64,000 nt of DNA from Tubiluchus corallicola. Lineage: Eukaryota > Animalia > Priapulida. Every line of letters begins with the position of its first letter. The first letter of the stretch is position 1. The stretch is taken from the NCBI GenBank assembly GCA_030141605.1, contig JAQGDQ010002385.1, positions 228,838 through 292,837 on the forward strand. Direction: 5' to 3'. Both the position numbers and the translations under genes were made by a program. The notes under the pieces are model-generated. The model did no database searches, had not been told where the DNA came from, and worked only from the letters and a program-made list of their open reading frames with translations. This document shows positions 58,793 to 64,000 of this stretch, piece after piece.

Positions 58793-60457
58793 TTATATTA
58801 TAACATCCGCTTCTTTTTTGCCCGATCGCGCCTCAATTCCCGAAAGTGACTCCGCAACAGAGCAAAGATCCCGCAAAACAACAGAAGCTTTCTTAGTATA
58901 TTGAGCCGGATCACGCTCATGGCGCTCAAAATAAACCCGTATCGTCATGCTTCCTGTCCCTGTTCCCGATGTGCGGAAAATAATCCGCTCCGCCGTATCA
59001 AAAACAATCCGCAATCCTTGATTGAGGCTTTTAGATCCGTCAACAGGATCCTCATAACAAAAATCGTCCGCCAGAAGAACTGTTCGCCCTCCCAAAGCAC
59101 GTCCCCTCATAGAGCCGAAAGCTTGCCTTAATTCCTCAATAACCAATGCGCCAATATCTGAGTTCAGGTTTTCATAGTCACAACGCATATAAAAATGGCG
59201 GCCATATCGCTGCCAATGGCGATGAACAAAATAATCCAAGCCGGCAAAAGGAGCTCCATTATCTCGACCATGATTATGCGCTGCTAAAATATTCAACCAG
59301 AATAAAACAGCCCATAATCCATCTTTCTCCCGAACATGATCCGACCCTGTGCCAAAACTCTCCTCGCCACACAAAGAGATCATACCGGAATCCATCAAGT
59401 TGCCAAAAAATTTCCACCCAACAGGTACCTCATAACAAGCAATTCCCAAGTCACTTGCAACAGCGTCAACCGCCATGCTTGTTGGTAAAGAACGAGCAAC
59501 CCCCTTAAGGCCAGAAGAATAACCAGGAATATTCCCCGCGTTCGCCGCTAAAATTGCCAAGCTATCTCCAGGAGATACAAAAAAACCGCTCCCGACAATC
59601 ATGTTCCTATCGCCGTCACCGTCGGAAGCAGCCCCAAAATTGTAACCACCCTGCCCTCCAACAGCCTTAAGAAGCGCACGCGCGCAAACAGGATTCGGAT
59701 CCGGATGGCCTCCATGGAAATCTTCCTTTGGTATCCCATGAATCACACTTCCTAACGGCGCCCCCAGCCTCTTTTCAAAAATCTCACGAGCATACGGTCC
59801 CGTAACCGCATGCATCGAATCAAAAATCATCGAAAATTCGTCATCCTTCACTAAAGACTGAATACAATCAAAATCAAATATCGTCTCCATAAAATTCGCA
59901 TAATCCGCAACAGAATCTATAATCTCTATAGACGTTTCTCCAACATAATGCGTACCGACATCACCAAGCGGAATATCCGAAATTTCCGCAACCTTATACG
60001 ATGATATCTCTCGCGACGCCTGATAAATCGCTTCCGTAATACCCTCACGCGCTGGGCCTCCGTTGGATTCATTATATTTAACACCAAAATCACCTTCTAT
60101 ACCACCAGGATTATGGCTGGCTGAAAGAATAATTCCTCCTAATGCCTCGTGCTTTCGAATCAAATGAGAAATCGCCGGAGTCGACAACAAGCCATCCCGG
60201 CCTACTAAAATACGGCCGGCATGATTCGCCAGGGCCATCTTTAAAATAACCTGCACCGCAACAGAATTATAATAACGACCATCCCCTCCTACCACTAATG
60301 TTTTCCCTTGAAGATCCCCAATAACAGTAAATATCGACTGAATAAAATTCTCCAGATAATGAGGTTGCTGAAAGACAGGAACTTTCTTCCGTAAACCTGA
60401 CGTCCCAGGGCGCTGGTCACTAAACGCACTTGTTTTAACTGTTATAATATTAACCAT
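58793..60457 (-). CDS. pgm: Phosphoglucomutase
   Basis: PGTSGLRKK, SASHNPGG, SDGDGDRN, CGEESFG and REKDG motifs. Confidence 0.97.
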   Translation of the reverse strand: MVNIITVKTSAFSDQRPGTSGLRKKVPVFQQPHYLENFIQSIFTVIGDLQGKTLVVGGDGRYYNSVAVQVILKMALANHAGRILVGRDGLLSTPAISHLIRKHEALGGIILSASHNPGGIEGDFGVKYNESNGGPAREGITEAIYQASREISSYKVAEISDIPLGDVGTHYVGETSIEIIDSVADYANFMETIFDFDCIQSLVKDDEFSMIFDSMHAVTGPYAREIFEKRLGAPLGSVIHGIPKEDFHGGHPDPNPVCARALLKAVGGQGGYNFGAASDGDGDRNMIVGSGFFVSPGDSLAILAANAGNIPGYSSGLKGVARSLPTSMAVDAVASDLGIACYEVPVGWKFFGNLMDSGMISLCGEESFGTGSDHVREKDGLWAVLFWLNILAAHNHGRDNGAPFAGLDYFVHRHWQRYGRHFYMRCDYENLNSDIGALVIEELRQAFGSMRGRALGGRTVLLADDFCYEDPVDGSKSLNQGLRIVFDTAERIIFRTSGTGTGSMTIRVYFERHERDPAQYTKKASVVLRDLCSVAESLSGIEARSGKKEADVII

Positions 60458-60496
60458 GTTTGCCTCTCCTTTTTTTATCGTGCTAAAATTTATATA

Positions 60497-61825
60497 TTAT
60501 TTACCCTCGTTCTCTGGAATAAAACGCCCGATAGAAACATAATGAAAGCCTGCTCTCATCATATCATCAGGTGTATATAAATTCCGCAAATCAATAACCG
60601 TTGATCCTGACATCAATGTCCGCATCCAATCAAGATCAATATTACGAAACTGATTCCAGTCTGTAATAATAATAACCGCATCAGAATCTAAAATCGCATC
60701 CTTAACACTCTCACAATAACAAATATCGCCAGAAAGAAGAGCTTGCGCATTCTCTATACCATACGGATCAAACGCCTTGATATACCCGCCAGCAGAAGCA
60801 AGTGCCGGGATAATATCCAAAGAAGGTGAGTCTCGCATATCATCTGTTTCAGGCTTGAACGTCAACCCCAAAACAGCTAAACTTTTTCCCTCTACAGATC
60901 CTCCACATGCCTTGATAATACGAGCGGCCATCTCCTTTTTCCGACAATCGTTTACTTCTATAACAGACTCAACAATACGCATCGAATAATCAGCCTCATG
61001 AGCTGTTTTCACTAATGCAAGTGTATCCTTCGGAAAACAAGACCCGCCATAACCAGGGCCTGGATTTAAAAACGCTTTCCCAATACGCTTGTCTAAACCC
61101 ATCCCTTTAGAAACATCCTGAATATCTCCCCCAATACGTTCACATAAGTCCGCAAGCTCATTGATAAACGTGATCTTCGTCGCTAAAAAGCTATTACTCG
61201 CGTATTTGATAAGCTCGGATGTCCGACGAGACGTAAATAAAACAGGGCGCTCCGCTAAATATAATGGCTTGTAAAGGCGACCCAACAAATCCCGCGCCCG
61301 TAAACTCTCTGTGCCAACAATAACACGATCTGGATTCATAAAATCATTAACAGCCGCCCCTTCCCGTAAAAACTCTGGGTTTGAGACAACATCAAAGTCC
61401 GCATCAGGCGCCTGATTTAAAATTAAAGCCTCAACCTCATCACATGTTCCAACTGGAACCGTCGACTTCACGGCAATAACCGTATACCCTTTTAAATGCG
61501 GCGCCAGCTCTTGCGCGACCGCGTAAACCGAGCTTAAATCCGCATGACCATCCTCAACACGCGGCGGCGTTCCAACGGCTATAAAAACAATATCCGCCTC
61601 AGAAACAGCTGATGCAAGCTCTGTCATAAAAAACAAGCGTCCACCCGCCAAATTTTGCTCTATTAAATGGTTAAGACCCGCTTCATAAATCGGTGAGCGC
61701 CCCGCGCAAAGAGAGGCGATTTTCTCACGATCCTTGTCAACACATGTAACAACAACACCAAACTCCGAAAAACAAACACCCGATACCAAACCAACATACC
61801 CTGTTCCAATTACACACACTTTCAT
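60497..61825 (-). CDS. ugd: UDP-glucose 6-dehydrogenase
   Basis: GTGYVG, KSTVPVG, SNPEFLREG and GYGGSCFPKD motifs. Start at MKVCVIG (61825). Confidence 0.96.
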   Translation of the reverse strand: MKVCVIGTGYVGLVSGVCFSEFGVVVTCVDKDREKIASLCAGRSPIYEAGLNHLIEQNLAGGRLFFMTELASAVSEADIVFIAVGTPPRVEDGHADLSSVYAVAQELAPHLKGYTVIAVKSTVPVGTCDEVEALILNQAPDADFDVVSNPEFLREGAAVNDFMNPDRVIVGTESLRARDLLGRLYKPLYLAERPVLFTSRRTSELIKYASNSFLATKITFINELADLCERIGGDIQDVSKGMGLDKRIGKAFLNPGPGYGGSCFPKDTLALVKTAHEADYSMRIVESVIEVNDCRKKEMAARIIKACGGSVEGKSLAVLGLTFKPETDDMRDSPSLDIIPALASAGGYIKAFDPYGIENAQALLSGDICYCESVKDAILDSDAVIIITDWNQFRNIDLDWMRTLMSGSTVIDLRNLYTPDDMMRAGFHYVSIGRFIPENEGK

Positions 61826-61867
61826 TAATCTAGCTTCCCTTTCTGCCGCAAACAAACATCAAAAAAC

Positions 61868-62773
61868 TTATGGCTTCACCGACTCACTATAATGCGATAG
61901 CAGATTATGCGCTTTTTGTAAAATTCTATCCCTGATTTCAGGGTTGGCTAGCGCAAATGCTAAATTCGCCTCAACAAATCCAGAGCGGTTGCCACAATCA
62001 TAACGCTCTCCAGAAAAATAAAAACCATGAAGGTCTTCCTCTCCTATCATTGAAGATAGCGCATCCGTTAATTGAATCTCTCCTCCGGCCCCTGGGCGAA
62101 GATGTTCCAAAATTTTCAAAATACTCGGCTGAAGAATATAACGCCCGATAACTGCGCAGCAAGAAGGCGCATCCTCCAAAGAAGGTTTCTCAACTAACCC
62201 GCGAGCCTTGGCTAATGACTCCTTACGAAACGCAATATCCAAAATTCCATAAAGAACCGTCTGCTCTTTTGGAACTTCCATCACAGCCGCCATATTCCCA
62301 CCGACATCTTCCCAACTGTCAATCATTTGTCGTAAACATCCGGGAGATGACAAAATTAAATCATCCGGTAATAAAACAACAAAAGGCTCATCCTCTATAA
62401 AATGGCGCGCACACCAAATAGCATGCCCTAAACCCAATGGTTTCTGCTGGCGTGTAAAAAAAACATTTCCCGCTCCAGGAAGGCCTGAGGACGCATGATT
62501 CAATAGCATATCTTTTCCCCGGTTACGCAAAATATCTTCAAGTTCATAATTAATGTCAAAATGATCCTCTATTAAAACTTTACCACGACCCGTCACTAAA
62601 ACAAACTGTTCAATCCCCGCCTCTAGGCCCTCATCAATCGCATATTGAATCATCGGGCGATCAACAACCGGCAACATTTCCTTGGGCATCACACGTGTCG
62701 CAGGAAGAAAACGCGTTCCTAAACCCGCGACAGGAAGAACCGCTTTCCGTAATTTTTTTTTCTTTCCGTTCAT
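61868..62773 (-). CDS. galU: UTP--glucose-1-phosphate uridylyltransferase
   Basis: PVAGLGTRFLPAT..PKEML, LGLGHA, VEKP and GGEIQLTD motifs. Confidence 0.97.
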   Translation of the reverse strand: MNGKKKKLRKAVLPVAGLGTRFLPATRVMPKEMLPVVDRPMIQYAIDEGLEAGIEQFVLVTGRGKVLIEDHFDINYELEDILRNRGKDMLLNHASSGLPGAGNVFFTRQQKPLGLGHAIWCARHFIEDEPFVVLLPDDLILSSPGCLRQMIDSWEDVGGNMAAVMEVPKEQTVLYGILDIAFRKESLAKARGLVEKPSLEDAPSCCAVIGRYILQPSILKILEHLRPGAGGEIQLTDALSSMIGEEDLHGFYFSGERYDCGNRSGFVEANLAFALANPEIRDRILQKAHNLLSHYSESVKP

Positions 62774-62877
62774 TTTAATCCCTTGTAAATTGCACCCCTA
62801 AATTCTCGGCAATACAGCCTAAAATACTATACTCTCAAATAGTGTATAACAGTTTTATAAAATAACAATTACAAACA

Positions 62878-62906
62878 CTTGAAAATAGAAAAAAAGCTTC
62901 ATACAT
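62878..62906 (+). promoter_or_regulatory. Putative RpoH (sigma32) promoter of the small heat-shock gene
   Basis: CTTGAA-N16-CATACAT, close to the alphaproteobacterial RpoH consensus CTTGAA-N15/16-CCTATAT, upstream of an Hsp20 gene. Confidence 0.55.
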
Positions 62907-63046
62907 CTTGCTTATGGAAAATAACACAGAAAGAAAAAGTTGCAACATCTATCTGTTACAAAAGGATTTTTCATGTTTTTATGATAGAACGTTTCTATGC
63001 GAAAATTGATAAATTAACATTGAGATTTTTTAAAGGAGAAACAGTA

Positions 63047-63508
63047 ATGAATACCGCATTAAGGCCATTTGATTTTCCACCCTTTTTTACCTCTTTTGTT
63101 GGATTCGATCCTATGGAGCAATTCTTCAGCCCAGCAATTCACTTCTCTACAAAATCTAACGCCTATCCGCCTTATAATATTGAACGCGTTGAAGATGGGA
63201 AATATATCGTAACCATAGCTCTCGCAGGATACTCAGAAGATGAAATAAAAATAACAGAGCAACATAATATTCTAACTATAAGCGGTAAACATCAGAATAA
63301 GACAGAAGATAATAATAAAAATTACATCCATAAAGGCATTGAAGATATTTCTTTCTCAAAACAATTCACCCTTGCAGAAAATGTCAAAGTAACATCCGCT
63401 TATATGGGAAAAGGCATACTTCATATCGAACTTATAGAAGAAATGCCAGAAGAATCAAAGCCAAAGGAAATTAAAATCAACCACAATAAAAACTTAAAAA
63501 AACCATAA
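63047..63508 (+). CDS. ibpA: Small heat-shock protein (IbpA-like Hsp20)
   Basis: VGFD, YPPYNIE, ALAGY, YIHKGI, F.LAE and PEESKPKEIKI motifs. ATG 63047 follows AAAGGAG. Confidence 0.93.
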   Translation: MNTALRPFDFPPFFTSFVGFDPMEQFFSPAIHFSTKSNAYPPYNIERVEDGKYIVTIALAGYSEDEIKITEQHNILTISGKHQNKTEDNNKNYIHKGIEDISFSKQFTLAENVKVTSAYMGKGILHIELIEEMPEESKPKEIKINHNKNLKKP

Positions 63509-63583
63509 TAAAGCGGAAAACAATAAAGAAGCCTGATGCTATAAGCGCCTAAAGCTAACTTTTTAAAAAAGACTTTAAGAATT

Positions 63584-63615
63584 AAAAAGGGGTGCCTTAA
63601 ACACCCCCCTCTTTT
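63584..63615. terminator. Rho-independent terminator (bidirectional)
   Basis: AAAAAGGGGTG-ccttaaa-CACCCC(CCTCTTTT); on the minus strand the stem is followed directly by U5. Confidence 0.75.
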
Positions 63616-63676
63616 GATTTTCCTCCCTGCAGTTACTCGCCGAAAACTCGTATAATTGAGCAACCTTTTCAAGTCC
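63584..63676 (-). ncRNA. Candidate ~90-nt small RNA
   Basis: Minus-strand promoter TTGACC-N18-TATAGT (63711-63682), 5' hairpin, single-stranded AGGGAGGAAA core and intrinsic terminator; no credible ORF. Confidence 0.5.
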
Positions 63677-63859
63677 TTATTACTATAATACGTCTTCCCT
63701 ACCTAGGTCAAGGAACTTTTAAAATTAAAGTAAAAAAAATTCTTTTTTGACAATTATATTTAAAATAGTCGTAAACCATAAATAAACCATAAAATAAACA
63801 TTTTTATTGATCCTACACCTTACTTTTCTTGGAAATATGCAACAAATGAAGATAATAAA

Positions 63860-63888
63860 TTGACCCGCTATACGACTTAAGATATGCT
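63860..63888 (+). promoter_or_regulatory. Putative sigma70 promoter of the DUF1013 gene
   Basis: TTGACC-N17-TATGCT, about 45 nt upstream of the ATG. Confidence 0.55.
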
Positions 63889-63932
63889 ATGACTTCTTTT
63901 AGAATCCAACATTAAAACCTAAGGTAAAGAAA

Positions 63933-64000
63933 ATGTCTCACCCTCTTATGCCTAAAGCAACAGCTATATGGCTTATTGACAATACAGCTCTCTCCTTTCA
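63933..64000 (+). CDS. DUF1013 family protein (TrcR-like), 5' end only
   Basis: Not in the ORF track. MSHPLMPKATAIWLIDNTALSF matches the DUF1013 N-terminus PLMPKATAVWL.DNT.L.F. Confidence 0.9.
   Translation, partial: MSHPLMPKATAIWLIDNTALSF

Noticed and set aside
62907-63046. ROSE-type RNA thermometer in the ibpA leader
   Set aside because: Small hairpins are present, but I see no U(U/C)GCU anti-SD motif positioned to pair with the AGGAG.
63421-63672. 83-aa minus-strand ORF
   Set aside because: TTG start, runs through a strong terminator and overlaps the ibpA 3' end; the region is better explained as a non-coding RNA.
1-64000. CRISPR arrays, tRNA/rRNA genes, IS elements and CtrA boxes
   Set aside because: No regularly spaced repeats, cloverleaf or T-loop signatures, transposase ORFs or exact TTAA-N7-TTAA sites were seen by eye in the intergenic regions; a computational scan could still find weak cases.

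Overview
AT-rich (roughly 40% GC by eye) chromosomal segment of an alphaproteobacterium, probably Rhodospirillales-like. The assignment rests on GapR/DUF2312, the ATP synthase zeta inhibitor/DUF1476, DUF1013, gltD-gltB order and a single-Cys DksA. The window is gene-dense and mostly housekeeping: gatCAB, ruvX-plsY-dprA-topA, xerD, aroKB, miaA, ybaB-recR, xth, pgsA, comM, rpmH-rnpA-yidD-yidC-engB, dksA, gpsA, dinG, tsaE, lptF, gltDB, dsbA-bepA, pgm-ugd-galU and ibpA. One accessory block (about 7.8-17.2 kb) holds an IolR-like regulator with iolA/mmsA, a stand-alone KAP NTPase, and a 2-oxoacid oxidoreductase operon whose delta subunit carries an inserted GltD-like NAD(P) flavoprotein module. I saw no rRNA, tRNA, CRISPR array, IS element or prophage. 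The most notable non-routine observations are: that operon; an unannotated ~90-nt sRNA candidate between ibpA and DUF1013 carrying the suhB/alpha-r8 decamer or its exact complement; a 45-aa gene missed by the ORF track that is in frame with xerD, which itself appears to need a non-canonical start; internal tandem duplications in the KAP NTPase and the M23 peptidase; a strong window-wide C/A strand skew that comM violates; and many conserved alphaproteobacterial operons missing their usual partners. All calls come from motif recognition by eye; no database searches were run.
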